Shown here in pieces: positions 14,039 through 24,451 of a stretch of DNA of 64,000 nt (the stretch's first letter is position 1; each line of letters opens with the position of its first letter). Source of the stretch: an uncultured cyanobacterium (GTDB taxonomy: Bacteria > Cyanobacteriota > Cyanobacteriia > Cyanobacteriales > Nostocaceae). The DNA lies in the NCBI GenBank assembly GCA_963740315.1, contig CAVUDP010000002.1, positions 640,001-704,000 of the forward strand. The letters are read 5' to 3'. The position numbers and the translations under genes are program-made. The notes beneath the pieces were generated by a model. That model made no database searches. It was given only the letters and a program-made list of their open reading frames with translations, and had not been told where the DNA came from.

Positions 14039-14313
14039 GTTTATTTCCAGCGAGCAAGAGGTTTATTCCCAGCGAGCAAGAGGTTTATTTCTCGCGAGCA
14101 AGAGGTTTATTTCCAGCGAGCAAGAGGTTTATTCCCAGCGAGCAAGAGGTTTATTTCTCGCGAGCAAGAGGTTTATTCCCAGCGAGCAAGAGGTTTATTC
14201 CCAGCGAGCAAGAGGTTTATTCCTAGCGAGCAAGAGGTTTATTTCTCGCGAGCAAGAGGTTTATTCCCAGCGAGCAAGAGGTTTATTTCTCGCGAGCAAG
14301 ATGCTCGCACTAC
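14039..14313. repeat. Tandem array of twelve 22-bp units ending in a REP-like palindrome
   Basis: Unit GTTTATT(TCCA/CCCA/TCTC/CCTA)GCGAGCAAGAG; last unit continues as GCGAGCAAGATGCTCGCACTAC. No unique spacers. Confidence 0.95.
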
Positions 14314-14356
14314 GATTTTATATATTAATAAACGTCATTTTTAAAATTTTTAACTT

Positions 14357-14533
14357 TTAACCAATAGCAATAAAATCCATCCGTTCAATATCTTCGGGGT
14401 CTAATCCTATCACCCTCAAAGTAATTCGCTGACCTCTACCTCTATCATTTCCACCTGCCCAAGTGGGAATATAAACATCTAAGCTTTTTGATAATTCATC
14501 TACAAATACACAAATCGCGTTATCAATATTCAT
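14357..14533 (-). CDS. Small hypothetical protein (58 aa), below the ORF-track cutoff
   Basis: MNIDNAICVFVDELSKSLDVYIPTWAGGNDRGRGQRITLRVIGLDPEDIERMDFIAIG*; its start overlaps the stop of the upstream phosphatase gene. Confidence 0.4.
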   Translation of the reverse strand: MNIDNAICVFVDELSKSLDVYIPTWAGGNDRGRGQRITLRVIGLDPEDIERMDFIAIG

Positions 14534-15254
14534 TCACACCAACAGTTTTCACATAAGCATTTTTATTAAAAACAGGCACGCAATCGCTAACATTAATTGC
14601 CGCAGCTAATTCAACATCTGACTCAAAACCCCTTGCAATCAATTCTTTTCCCGAACTACATTTTTTTAAACCATTCAATAAATCATTTTTAAAACTATGA
14701 AATACTGCAACTGCGGCTTCAGCTTCCGGTGATAAACCTCCAGATAAATAACTTAAAATTGCTCCAGCACCAATTAAATCTTCTAAAGCAAAACGTAAAG
14801 AACCATTTTCCCATTTTTCACCTGCGGGAATTACAGCAATTTTAGAACCATATTTTTGAGCAAATCGCGCTACAGCTTCACAATTTCGTAAGCAACCAGC
14901 TAAGGTTGGTATTTTTCCGAAAAGCAATGTTAAAGAAGAACCGTTAGGTGAAGGTAAAACAAGTTTAGTTCCTGTGGAAATTGTAGTTAAAGATTTGGGT
15001 GAAAGAGAATAACCAGTGGTAGAAGTTCGATTTGTTGCTAATTCTGCTTTAATAGATTTTGCATAATCAACTGCCGAACTGTCTTTCCAACGATACGGAA
15101 AGATTATTGCACCGTTATTAGTAGCAATTTCGACAGCGGTTGAAAAAGATAGAATATCGACTATTATCACCACATCGCTGATTGGTACGAGTTGATTAAT
15201 TCCTTGATGTCCCCATTCGCAACGTAAATCGAATTCCGATTGATTGAAAATCAT
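14523..15254 (-). CDS. 2-phosphosulfolactate phosphatase family (ComB-like)
   Basis: IIVDILSFSTA, LSPKSL, SPNGS, GCLRN, LEDLIGAGAI. True start ATG 15254; the longer ORF start is repeat-derived. Confidence 0.85.
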   Translation of the reverse strand: MIFNQSEFDLRCEWGHQGINQLVPISDVVIIVDILSFSTAVEIATNNGAIIFPYRWKDSSAVDYAKSIKAELATNRTSTTGYSLSPKSLTTISTGTKLVLPSPNGSSLTLLFGKIPTLAGCLRNCEAVARFAQKYGSKIAVIPAGEKWENGSLRFALEDLIGAGAILSYLSGGLSPEAEAAVAVFHSFKNDLLNGLKKCSSGKELIARGFESDVELAAAINVSDCVPVFNKNAYVKTVGVNEY

Positions 15255-15390
15255 TCTTAATCCTAACCCCCTAACCCCCTTCCCTGCGTTAGCGTAGCGT
15301 GTCCTCTTAGGACATGGGAAGGGGGGACAATAAAACAACTTTCTTAAAGCCTCTCTCCTCGCAGGAGAGAGGTTTGGAGAGAGGTCATAA

Positions 15391-16581
15391 TTAACTCCCC
15401 ACAGGTTCCAATCGAATCAACTGCCCATTATCTTCATCGGTAATAACGTATAATTTGCCATCGGGAGCCACCTTAACATCACGCACGCGCTGACCGATTT
15501 CGATGGATTTTTCGCTGACAACACCACCTTTTTCATCCAAATCGATCTGACGCACATCTTGCGATCGCAATCCACCCGCAAATAAATCGCCGTTGTAAAA
15601 TGCCAATCCTGAAGGTGCTACTGCTGGTGTCCAAACTACTTTGGGATCTACCATTCCCGGACGAGAACGTTGTTGTGAAATTTCTCCTCCGGTATATTCT
15701 TGACTGTAGGTAACAACTGGCCAACCATAATTTTTACCTGCTTCTACAAGGTTGACTTCATCACCACCTCTAGAACCATGTTCGGTTGACCAAAGTCTTT
15801 TATTTTTGGAGTCAAAAGTTAATCCTTGTATATTCCGATGCCCGTAACTCCAGATGGCTGGATTGGCATTTTCTGTTTCTACGAAGGGATTATCTTTTGG
15901 AGTCGAACCATCGTCATTGAGTCGGACAATTTTACCAAGGTGACTGTTGAGTTTTTGGGCTTGTTTGCGAGATAGTTCGCCATCTATTTTCAGTGGTGGA
16001 TTACCACCGTCACCGATCGCCAGCAACATTGTATTATCGGGTAGCCAAACAATGCGCGAGCCGAAATGTTGCGTACCTGATTTAGTCGGCGATACTTCAA
16101 AGATTACTTCTAAGTTGCTTAATGCTTTACCATCAAATTTGGCTCTGGCAACTCTGGTACGGTTCACTTGTGCGTTACCGTAAGCATAACTTAAATAAAC
16201 CAAGCGATTTTCGGCAAATTTGGGGTGAAGCGAAATCTCCATCAAACCACCTTGCCCAGCCGCGAATACTTTGGGAACTCCGGCTACGGGTGTTGGTTGG
16301 AGTTTCCCGTTACGGATAATTCGCAATCTACCTGGGCGTTCGGTAATTAACATTGTCCCATCCGGCAGCCATGTCATGCTCCACGGGTTTTCTAAACCTG
16401 ATAATATTGTTGTTTTTTTGAAATCATTGCTTTTGGGAACATCACCTGAAGGTTCGATTACATTGTTTGATTCGGAACCTACTGCTGAAGAATCACTTAA
16501 GGAATTTTGGGTTGAGGAACATCCAGCAACGATAAAGGCTAATACGATACCTGATAAAAGTCGCTTTGATAAATATGACAT
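15391..16581 (-). CDS. PQQ-dependent sugar dehydrogenase (GSDH/YliI-like) lipoprotein
   Basis: Lipobox VAGC; GLENPWSM, GQGGLM, HFGSRI, SYGHRN.QG, EHGSRGGDE, NYGWP. Confidence 0.9.
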   Translation of the reverse strand: MSYLSKRLLSGIVLAFIVAGCSSTQNSLSDSSAVGSESNNVIEPSGDVPKSNDFKKTTILSGLENPWSMTWLPDGTMLITERPGRLRIIRNGKLQPTPVAGVPKVFAAGQGGLMEISLHPKFAENRLVYLSYAYGNAQVNRTRVARAKFDGKALSNLEVIFEVSPTKSGTQHFGSRIVWLPDNTMLLAIGDGGNPPLKIDGELSRKQAQKLNSHLGKIVRLNDDGSTPKDNPFVETENANPAIWSYGHRNIQGLTFDSKNKRLWSTEHGSRGGDEVNLVEAGKNYGWPVVTYSQEYTGGEISQQRSRPGMVDPKVVWTPAVAPSGLAFYNGDLFAGGLRSQDVRQIDLDEKGGVVSEKSIEIGQRVRDVKVAPDGKLYVITDEDNGQLIRLEPVGS

Positions 16582-16906
16582 TTTTAGGTTAAAGGTTAAA
16601 GGTCAAAGGTTGAAATTAATACTTTTATTTTGACGCTTAAAGGTGACATGAGAATGTCAGTCGATTTTGGATTTTAGATTTTGGATTTTAGATTATCTCT
16701 ACAAATAAATTTAGGAGCTTGTTTTTTTTAATAGCTGAAAAAATTCACAATCTAATCTAAAACTAAAATTTATTCGGTCAGAGATTTATCAATTATAAAT
16801 CTTACAAATCTTGTGGGGTGGGCATCTTGCCTGCCCTTGTAATTATTTCCATCCACATTAAATCCATTTCGGCTTTTGCTTTGTATATAGATAAAGCTCG
16901 ATTGGG

Positions 16907-17437
16907 ATGAACATAACCATGAACAAATACTTTACTAAAACTAAAACGATTAAAGTTCTAACTTTGGCAGCTACTGCGGGTATTATTACTACCTTAGCAG
17001 CTTGCAGCAGTCCAGGTAACGATAACAATACGAAGGGCGTTAATGAAGTAAAAACAGAAGAAGTTGCAACTGCATCCGAGGCAAAACCATTAGCGCAACA
17101 GTTACAGGGTAAGCCCGTGGTTGTGGATATTTATGCGGATTGGTGTGCTGGATGTAAGAAAATCAAGCCTACTTTAGAAGCTTTGAAGCAAGAATACGGT
17201 TCTAAAGCTAATTTTGTGGTTTTTGATGTTACGGATAAAACGACTACTGAAGCATCCGCAGCTAAAGCTAAAGAGTTAGGTTTAGAAGATTTATTTACTA
17301 AATATAAAGCACAAACTGCTACCGTTGCCGTTGTTAATCCTGGTACGGGTGACGTAGTTAAATTATTTCAAAAAAATCCAAATAAAGGCGATTATGTTGC
17401 AGCTTTGGATACGACTTCGCAACAGATAAATAATTGA
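16907..17437 (+). CDS. Thioredoxin-family lipoprotein
   Basis: Lipobox LAAC; VVDIYADWCAGCK (CxxC). Confidence 0.85.
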   Translation: MNITMNKYFTKTKTIKVLTLAATAGIITTLAACSSPGNDNNTKGVNEVKTEEVATASEAKPLAQQLQGKPVVVDIYADWCAGCKKIKPTLEALKQEYGSKANFVVFDVTDKTTTEASAAKAKELGLEDLFTKYKAQTATVAVVNPGTGDVVKLFQKNPNKGDYVAALDTTSQQINN

Positions 17438-17632
17438 AATCAAAGCTGAAAATCGCAATCGCAATCACCCTCAGACTGTAAGTCTGGGGAACCAACAAAC
17501 AAAGCCTGCCTGAGCCGCAGCTTTGCTGAACGCAGGCTGCAATTAGTCCGCGCAGGCGGACTTTGCTTGTGTAGCAGTGAATTCTATACGAAGCGGATTT
17601 TATTGTTTTATCAATCCAAAATTAATTAAATT

Positions 17633-18445
17633 ATGAAAAAAAAATTAAAATCAAACAATCTCTATCTGCTGGCTTTTCTTTGTCTGGGAACTATCATCAT
17701 AGTTGTTTTCGGAAGTCATTTTCAAAATTTGTATTTAAATTTGGAAGATGTAGTTAGACAATTAGAAGCTCCCTATCATAAATGGGTGGAAAAACAAAAT
17801 TCAACTAGTCCTGTTCTTCTAATTCCTATTGCTTTTATTGGTGGTTTAATTGCCAGTATTTCTCCATGTATTTTATCTTTGCTTCCGGTTAACCTCAGCT
17901 ATATTGGCACTTTAAATATAGAATCACGAAAGGATGCTTTTTTTAAAGCGAGTTTTTTCGTTTTGGGAGCAGTAAGCGTATTCAGTTTATTTGGATTATT
18001 TGCGTCTTTCGCTTCATCTGTAATGGTGGATTTTCGCGGATATATTAATATTGTGGTTGGTGCAATTATCCTGCTGATGGGATTAAGTTTCGCCGGATTA
18101 TTTCACTTACCTTTGCCTAAAAAACAAATACATTTACCCATTCCAGGTCCTTTTGGTGCTGGTTTAACATTCGCTTTAGTTACTTCTCCTTGTGCTTCTC
18201 CGGTACTTTTTGCCGTACTCGCAACTGCTGCGGCTAGTGGCTCTCAAGTTCTAAGTACGGTAACAATGATAAGTTACGCTCTCGGATATACGGCGGTAAT
18301 ATTTTTTGCCAGCTTATTTACAGGATTGGTAAAGCAAAGACAGGTGTTATTAGTTAAATCTCAGTGGATTATTAGACTGGGAAGCGCTGCGTTGATATTA
18401 GCGGGTGGCTTTTACCTGGTTACGGGCATTCGTTGGTTTTTCTGA
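17633..18445 (+). CDS. CcdA/DsbD-family transmembrane disulfide reductant transporter
   Basis: SISPCILSLLP and TSPCASPVL Cys motifs; multiple transmembrane segments. Confidence 0.9.
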   Translation: MKKKLKSNNLYLLAFLCLGTIIIVVFGSHFQNLYLNLEDVVRQLEAPYHKWVEKQNSTSPVLLIPIAFIGGLIASISPCILSLLPVNLSYIGTLNIESRKDAFFKASFFVLGAVSVFSLFGLFASFASSVMVDFRGYINIVVGAIILLMGLSFAGLFHLPLPKKQIHLPIPGPFGAGLTFALVTSPCASPVLFAVLATAAASGSQVLSTVTMISYALGYTAVIFFASLFTGLVKQRQVLLVKSQWIIRLGSAALILAGGFYLVTGIRWFF

Positions 18446-18446
18446 T

Positions 18447-19004
18447 ATGAGTTTATCAAACCAGACAGAAGCAGAATTATTTCAAGCATTGCAAGCAGGA
18501 AATTTATCGGCTTTAGGTGCTATTTATGACCGCTATGGCGAAGCTGTATACCGTCTGGCTCTGCGAATTTTAGGGAATACAAGTGAAGCTGAAGACTTGA
18601 CGCAGGAAATCTTTTTGGCATTTTGGCGTAATGCTAAATATGACCCCAATCGAGGGAAAATGATTGTTTATTTACTGACAATGACTAGAAGTAGAGCAAT
18701 CAATCGTTTGCATCAAAAGTCCAGTCAACAAAAGCTTTTACAAAGATGTCAGTGCAGCATTCCGACTCAAACTGAAAGTAATTCGATAGAAAAGGTTTCC
18801 TTAGGAGAAGTATCTCAACTTATTAGTAAAGCTTTAGAAGAAATACCAGAAAATCAACAGCAAGTTTTAAAAATGGCTTACTACGAAGGATTAAGCCAAT
18901 CCGAAATTACCGAACAACTAAATATACCTTTGGGAACAGTAAAAACCCGCACCAGGCAAGGACTTTTAAAACTGAGAAAATTATTAAAGGATTTAGTAGA
19001 TTAA
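18447..19004 (+). CDS. ECF sigma factor (SigK-like)
   Basis: AEDLTQEIFLAFW, YYEGLSQSEI...IPLGTVKTR; ATG 18447 just after the ccdA stop. Confidence 0.92.
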   Translation: MSLSNQTEAELFQALQAGNLSALGAIYDRYGEAVYRLALRILGNTSEAEDLTQEIFLAFWRNAKYDPNRGKMIVYLLTMTRSRAINRLHQKSSQQKLLQRCQCSIPTQTESNSIEKVSLGEVSQLISKALEEIPENQQQVLKMAYYEGLSQSEITEQLNIPLGTVKTRTRQGLLKLRKLLKDLVD

Positions 19005-19006
19005 TT

Positions 19007-19840
19007 ATGGAATCTGATAAACTACCTTCAAACTGGGAAGCTTTGATAACAGGTTACGTTTTAGGTGACTTAACCCCAGAAGAAGCGACTTTAATTAAAC
19101 AATATTTAGAAACTTATCCAGAATTAGCTGCCGAAGTCGAAAGCTTACAGGCAACTTTAGCGCTGTTTCCCCTCTCCTTACCCGAAACTAAACCACCTGA
19201 AAAACTGCGATCGCAAATTCTCCAAGCAGCAGCAACCGAATTAAATGTAAATCACAACGAAATTTCTTCCCCCTCTCCCCCTCTCCCCCTCTCCCCCCTC
19301 CCCTCTTCTTCTGCCAAAAATTGGCTAAAAATAGCCGGAATAACCGCAGTAGGAATAATTGCAAGTTTGGGATTTTTAAATTATCGACTGCATCAAAAAC
19401 TAGCAACAGCAGAAACCGATTTATCTAATTATCGTTTACAAGCCGAATTATCAAAAACACAGCAAGAATTATCTCGCTATCAAGAAGCTTTATCTGTACT
19501 AAAGCAACCTAATAATCGTTTGTTAGCATTAAAAAGCATTACTCCCGATATCTCTTCTTCCGGAAGTTTGGTAATTGCACCTAACTCAGAAGCCGCAATA
19601 TTAACTTTAAAAAATCTTCCCGATTTACCAGAAGATAAAATTTATCGATTGTGGGCTTTTGTGGATGGCAAAAAAGTCAAATGCGCCAAATTTAATCCGG
19701 ATTCTCAAGGTAAAGTCTTACAGAAAATTCCTTTGCAAAAGTGGGGAAATACTACCGAAGTTTTTGTGACTGTCGAACCAAAAGAAGGTTTTGATTTACC
19801 AGTTGGAGAAACAGTCATAAAAGGTTCTAGAGCGATTTGA
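19007..19840 (+). CDS. Anti-sigma factor (RskA-like)
   Basis: YVLGDL N-terminus, one TM segment, C-terminal YRLW...VTVEP; directly after the sigma gene. Confidence 0.88.
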   Translation: MESDKLPSNWEALITGYVLGDLTPEEATLIKQYLETYPELAAEVESLQATLALFPLSLPETKPPEKLRSQILQAAATELNVNHNEISSPSPPLPLSPLPSSSAKNWLKIAGITAVGIIASLGFLNYRLHQKLATAETDLSNYRLQAELSKTQQELSRYQEALSVLKQPNNRLLALKSITPDISSSGSLVIAPNSEAAILTLKNLPDLPEDKIYRLWAFVDGKKVKCAKFNPDSQGKVLQKIPLQKWGNTTEVFVTVEPKEGFDLPVGETVIKGSRAI

Positions 19841-20168
19841 ATTAATTCTCAAAAAAAATATGTGGATCTGATAAAGCTATTTAACCAGGTTGCATACTTT
19901 TTTATACCTTACAAGCAAATAATTTAACTAGTTTTGATTTCATGTTAGAAACTACTACAAGAATCAAAATTGAATGAAACAAAGCCAGGTAAAGGAAATT
20001 CTTCTTTTGTGTAGGATAACTTCATCTCTTATTTATCAATTCTCTTAAAGTTAGCGCTTCTCTTTATGATTATCATCCGTTGTCTCTCGGATTTACCTCT
20101 CAAAGTGCTTTTGTTAGATTTTGATTGTTGAAGCAAACAATACTTTTTAACAAACGAGGTTTCAAATC

Positions 20169-20900
20169 ATGGCTAACTTATTGCAAAAGGTTTTAGTTTC
20201 CACCACCGTTGGTACAGTCATTGGATTCTCAACCATTCTTGGTGCTATTGATTCAGCATCTGCATTAACAGTTGATTCTCCGGCTAATAATGGTAAACAA
20301 AAAGCTATTTCCAATGTTGTCCTCTACCTTAAAAATAATTCTGGAGAAATAACTAAAGTAAAAGTTGATAATTTCTCTAATGTTCCTGGTGAAGTAAAAA
20401 GTTACGACTCTACGGCACTTTTACAACAATATCCTAATTCTGAAGTAGTAGCTTACACTGTAAAAGCTGGAAACAATAAATCGAATATGGGTCCTGGTGA
20501 AGGTGAATTGGTAATTGTAGACAAACAGTTTTCTAGCAAAAATTTACCTGTAGGTGCTGCTAATGTAGAACGTCAATATTCAGAAGTTTCTAAAATTCAA
20601 CCCAAACAGGAACAATCTACTCCCAATCAATCTGAAGAAGAATCTACTCCTACTCAACCTGAAGAATCTACTCCTACTCAACCTGAAGATACTACTGCTA
20701 CTCAACCTGAAGATACTACTGCTACTCAACCTGAAGATACTACTCCAACCAACGAAGAACCAACTTCTCCTCCAATTGTAATAACTCCTCAGACAAACTC
20801 TTCTACCCAACCAGTTTCAGTTCCCGAACCTGGAAGTATGGCTGCGATCGCAATATTTGGATTAGGTGGATTATTAGGTAAAAAGAAAATATCTTCTTGA
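20169..20900 (+). CDS. PEP-CTERM sorting-domain protein with 8-aa T/P/E-rich repeats
   Basis: Signal peptide; TQPEESTP/TQPEDTTA repeats (24-nt units near 20630-20750); C-terminal VPEP + hydrophobic stretch + KKK. Confidence 0.9.
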   Translation: MANLLQKVLVSTTVGTVIGFSTILGAIDSASALTVDSPANNGKQKAISNVVLYLKNNSGEITKVKVDNFSNVPGEVKSYDSTALLQQYPNSEVVAYTVKAGNNKSNMGPGEGELVIVDKQFSSKNLPVGAANVERQYSEVSKIQPKQEQSTPNQSEEESTPTQPEESTPTQPEDTTATQPEDTTATQPEDTTPTNEEPTSPPIVITPQTNSSTQPVSVPEPGSMAAIAIFGLGGLLGKKKISS

Positions 20901-21191
20901 ATATTTACCAAAATTAAAAGGGTTGCATCACTATTTATATTATTTAATTTGAGCGAAAATTTTAACTATGTTTGGAAAATATAAATAATTATCTTTTCCA
21001 AACATACTAGCAATAATATTTTTTCATACTCCTACACTCTTATTTATCGAGTCTAGGAGTATTCTTCTGTTAATAAGCCAATCATTTTTTTGTCAGAGAA
21101 AAGCACAATCGCATTTTCAATTAACTTTACTTCGATTCCAATCTAATATACCATCCAGGTAAAAAGTAAATTTAATTACAATTTTCCCATC

Positions 21192-22604
21192 ATGAATAAT
21201 TCTTCTCCACAAAGAACTGTTACTTCCCAAAGAGAACAATTAAACTTCACAACTAAATTAGCTTATGGTGCTGGAGAATTGGGGGGAGCAATTCCGAACA
21301 ACATTTTGGTATTTTTTGTGTTATTTTTCTTTACCAATGTTGCCGGATTAAATGCAGGTTTGGCTGGTACCTTGATATTAGTTGGTAAAGCTTGGGATTC
21401 AATAAATGACCCTTTAATTGGTTGGTTAAGCGATAAAACTCGTTCTCGTTTGGGTAGGCGTTACCCTTGGATGCTAATTGGTGCAATTCCTCTTGCAATA
21501 TCTTTTTGCTTACTTTGGTTTACTCCACCAATCGCAAACCAATGGCTAAAATTTGCTTACTATAATATTATTTTTATTGTTTATTATGCTGCTGTTAGTT
21601 CTGTATGGGTTCCTCATTCTACATTAGGAGCAGAATTAACAACTACTTATAATGAGCGTACCGACATTATTGGTTTTAGGTCTTCTTTTGCAATCGGTGG
21701 TAGTATATTCGCTTTAATTTTAGCCCAAATAGTTTTAGATAACTTTGAAGCTCCCCAAAGCTATTTTTACATGGCTGTTATTGCTAGTTTAATATCATTT
21801 TTAGCAGTTTATTTTTGCGTTTGGGGAACTTATAAACGTTACAAAATTATTCAAAATCAACGCGAACAAATTAAACGCGAACCACCAGAACCGCTTTTAC
21901 AACAAATTAAAATAGCTTTAAGCAACAAACCATTTCTTTGCGTAGTTGGAATTTATCTTTGTTCTTGGTTGGGAACCCAAGTAACGGCAGCAGTATTACC
22001 TTATTTCGTCGTAGACTGGATGCAATTGCCGAAAAATCACTTCACCCAAATGGCTTTAGCAATCCAAGGAACAGCATTAATATTAATGCCTTTCTGGAGC
22101 ATCATGGGACAAAAATTTGGTAAAAAAGCTATTTACTGTATGGGCATACCCGGAACAATAATCGCTCAAGCTGGATTTTTCTTTCTGCAACCGGGACAAA
22201 CTGTATTAATGTATATCTTGTCAGTTATGGCAGGAATTGGTATTTCAGTTGCCTATATTACACCTTGGGCAATGTTACCAGATGTAGTAGATTTAGATGA
22301 ATTAAATACAGGACAACGTAGAGAAGGAATTTTTTACGGATTCGTTGTACAAACGCAAAAACTTTGTGTTGCATTAGCGATATTTTTAGTTGGCAAAACA
22401 TTAGATTCATCGGGATTAATACCCACAGTTGCGTCTCAAGCACCTCCAATACAGCCAGATTCCGCATTATGGGCAATTCGCTTAATAATTGGTCCCATCC
22501 CAACTTTACTTCTAATTATCGGTTTCGTTATTGCTTATATTTATCCAATTACTCGATCCAAACATGAAGAAATCGTTTTGAAACTAAAAGAAAGGAGGGA
22601 GTAG
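21192..22604 (+). CDS. MFS/GPH (MelB-like) transporter
   Basis: KLAYGAG, WDSINDPLIGWLSDKTRSRLGRRYPW, TGQRREG; about 12 TM segments. Confidence 0.9.
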   Translation: MNNSSPQRTVTSQREQLNFTTKLAYGAGELGGAIPNNILVFFVLFFFTNVAGLNAGLAGTLILVGKAWDSINDPLIGWLSDKTRSRLGRRYPWMLIGAIPLAISFCLLWFTPPIANQWLKFAYYNIIFIVYYAAVSSVWVPHSTLGAELTTTYNERTDIIGFRSSFAIGGSIFALILAQIVLDNFEAPQSYFYMAVIASLISFLAVYFCVWGTYKRYKIIQNQREQIKREPPEPLLQQIKIALSNKPFLCVVGIYLCSWLGTQVTAAVLPYFVVDWMQLPKNHFTQMALAIQGTALILMPFWSIMGQKFGKKAIYCMGIPGTIIAQAGFFFLQPGQTVLMYILSVMAGIGISVAYITPWAMLPDVVDLDELNTGQRREGIFYGFVVQTQKLCVALAIFLVGKTLDSSGLIPTVASQAPPIQPDSALWAIRLIIGPIPTLLLIIGFVIAYIYPITRSKHEEIVLKLKERRE

Positions 22605-22780
22605 GGGATTGGGCATGGGGCATGGGGCATTGGTAATTGGTATACGCCCGCACGCAATACCTACGGTACGCAACGCTTGCCGCGTGAATGGTAATTGGGC
22701 ATTGAGAATTAGGAATATAATTTTAAAAAAATATGTTGATTCATAAAGTATGTATTTGAGAATTGAGAATTGTTTGAAAA

Positions 22781-23260
22781 ATGTCTTACTTATTCTTACC
22801 AATGAGTGAAGAAAACGCTCGAAAAATATTCAATTGGCGTTATGATGAATCACTCAACTTGTACAATCCCAATCTTTCTAAAATTGAAGAAACCGTACAA
22901 GATTTTTTAAATCCTGAAAACGCTTATTACAGTATTACTAATAGCCATGATGAACTTGTAGCCTATTGTTGCTTTGGTGCAGATGCACGAGTCAAAGGTG
23001 GTAATTACGATATTGAAGCGTTAGATATTGGGTTTGGGATGCGTCCAAATTTAACAAGACGAGGAATTACTTTTCGGATAATTAATGCTGTATATGATTT
23101 CGCTAAAAGTCATTTTGAATCAACTTTATTCCGCGTTACGGTGGCTGAATTTAATCAGCAAGCACTAAGACTATATGAAAAAGCTGGTTTTAAACAAGTT
23201 CAGAAGTTTCAACGAGAGCAAGATGGTATCTATTTTTTGGTTTTGATATTAAAAATATAA
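22781..23260 (+). CDS. GNAT-family acetyltransferase
   Basis: GMRPNLTRRG and N.QALRLYEKAGF motifs. Confidence 0.8.
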   Translation: MSYLFLPMSEENARKIFNWRYDESLNLYNPNLSKIEETVQDFLNPENAYYSITNSHDELVAYCCFGADARVKGGNYDIEALDIGFGMRPNLTRRGITFRIINAVYDFAKSHFESTLFRVTVAEFNQQALRLYEKAGFKQVQKFQREQDGIYFLVLILKI

Positions 23261-23341
23261 AAAATCATTTGTAGTGTTCGCATCTTGCTCCCTAATCCTA
23301 TAATAAACGAGTAAAATACTCATTTTTATAAGGTAAACATT

Positions 23342-24067
23342 TTATTTTTTCTGAGTATTTACAAGCTTATAGTCAGTCAATTTAAACAGCGTAGCAGCCC
23401 AACGTTCGTTAGGGTAACTTTCTTTAACTTCCCCACTAAAACGAATCTTCAATCCATTTTGTTTAAATTTGTTAGGGAAATTACAAGGCGCGAATCTACT
23501 TCTACCATCTTCAGTAACTATAATATAAAGCTTGTCATGAATACGCTGAATTGTACCAACTTGATTTTCTACTTTTTCAACAGTTTTTCTACTATCAAAA
23601 GCGCATTTAGAAGTATTTTCTACTTTCCTACCAATCAATCCTAATTCCCTTAGCTCTTCTCTAGTTTTAGCATCCCAAGGGCGTACCGATCCAAAAGCAC
23701 CATCATAGACTGCACTCCAGGGTTGAGTACCTTTATTCTCTGCAAAAAATATGTAATTTCCACCTGGTTTTTGAATAATATTATCGCAGGAAGTAAGATT
23801 AAATCCTTTAAGATTTACAAGTTTGGGTCCAACACCTTTTAAATATCGTTTAACGTAAATTGTAAGCGTATCTCCTTTAACTCTTCTTACAACTCCTTGA
23901 AAAACTATAGGAGTGCTATTTACTCTTTGAGCAATAGTTGCTGGTTCACTCCCTGGTCCTGGTCTACAAGCATGAGCGGGCTGCATGGGAGATATTATAG
24001 AAATGAAAACTGGTAGACCAAATCCGATAATTGCTAATAGGTAGCGAGAAGATTTTACGTTCAACAT
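23342..24067 (-). CDS. Secreted hypothetical protein
   Basis: Signal peptide ending AHA-C; VFQGVV N-terminal domain; second small Cys-containing domain. Confidence 0.65.
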   Translation of the reverse strand: MLNVKSSRYLLAIIGFGLPVFISIISPMQPAHACRPGPGSEPATIAQRVNSTPIVFQGVVRRVKGDTLTIYVKRYLKGVGPKLVNLKGFNLTSCDNIIQKPGGNYIFFAENKGTQPWSAVYDGAFGSVRPWDAKTREELRELGLIGRKVENTSKCAFDSRKTVEKVENQVGTIQRIHDKLYIIVTEDGRSRFAPCNFPNKFKQNGLKIRFSGEVKESYPNERWAATLFKLTDYKLVNTQKK

Positions 24068-24451
24068 AAATTATTAATCAATTGATAAAAATACAAAAAT
24101 CAACATTCAGAGATACTTCAACAACAAATAAGACTTTACAAATTTAAGTGAAGTTCCTATCGTTAAACTATTTGATAAAAATCATTTTATATCTTTAGAT
24201 AGAATAGATGCGAAGATAATACTAGATTTATCCTTTGTAATTTAACGCTTATTTATAGTTGTCTACTAGACGAAACTATCAGAATCAACATTTCCCAAAA
24301 ATCTACAAAATATGGTAGGAAACATTAATATACTACTTCACCAAATTTTCGGATTTAACCAAATTATCGATATAAATCAAAATAATAGATCCAGACGTAG
24401 CAGTGCTACACAAATAAAAATAAACAACTTTAATCCAAAATCCAAAATCCC

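Noticed and set aside
14039..14300. Possible CRISPR array, and ORF 14002-14226
   Set aside because: Units are contiguous with only a 4-nt variable window, there are no unique spacers and no cas genes; the ORF is a translation of the repeat.
20630..20750. 24-nt tandem repeat as an independent element
   Set aside because: It is the coding T/P/E linker of the PEP-CTERM protein.
22641..22690. GC-rich insert within an STRR tract, possible further SDR
   Set aside because: Single copy in the window and boundaries cannot be defined.
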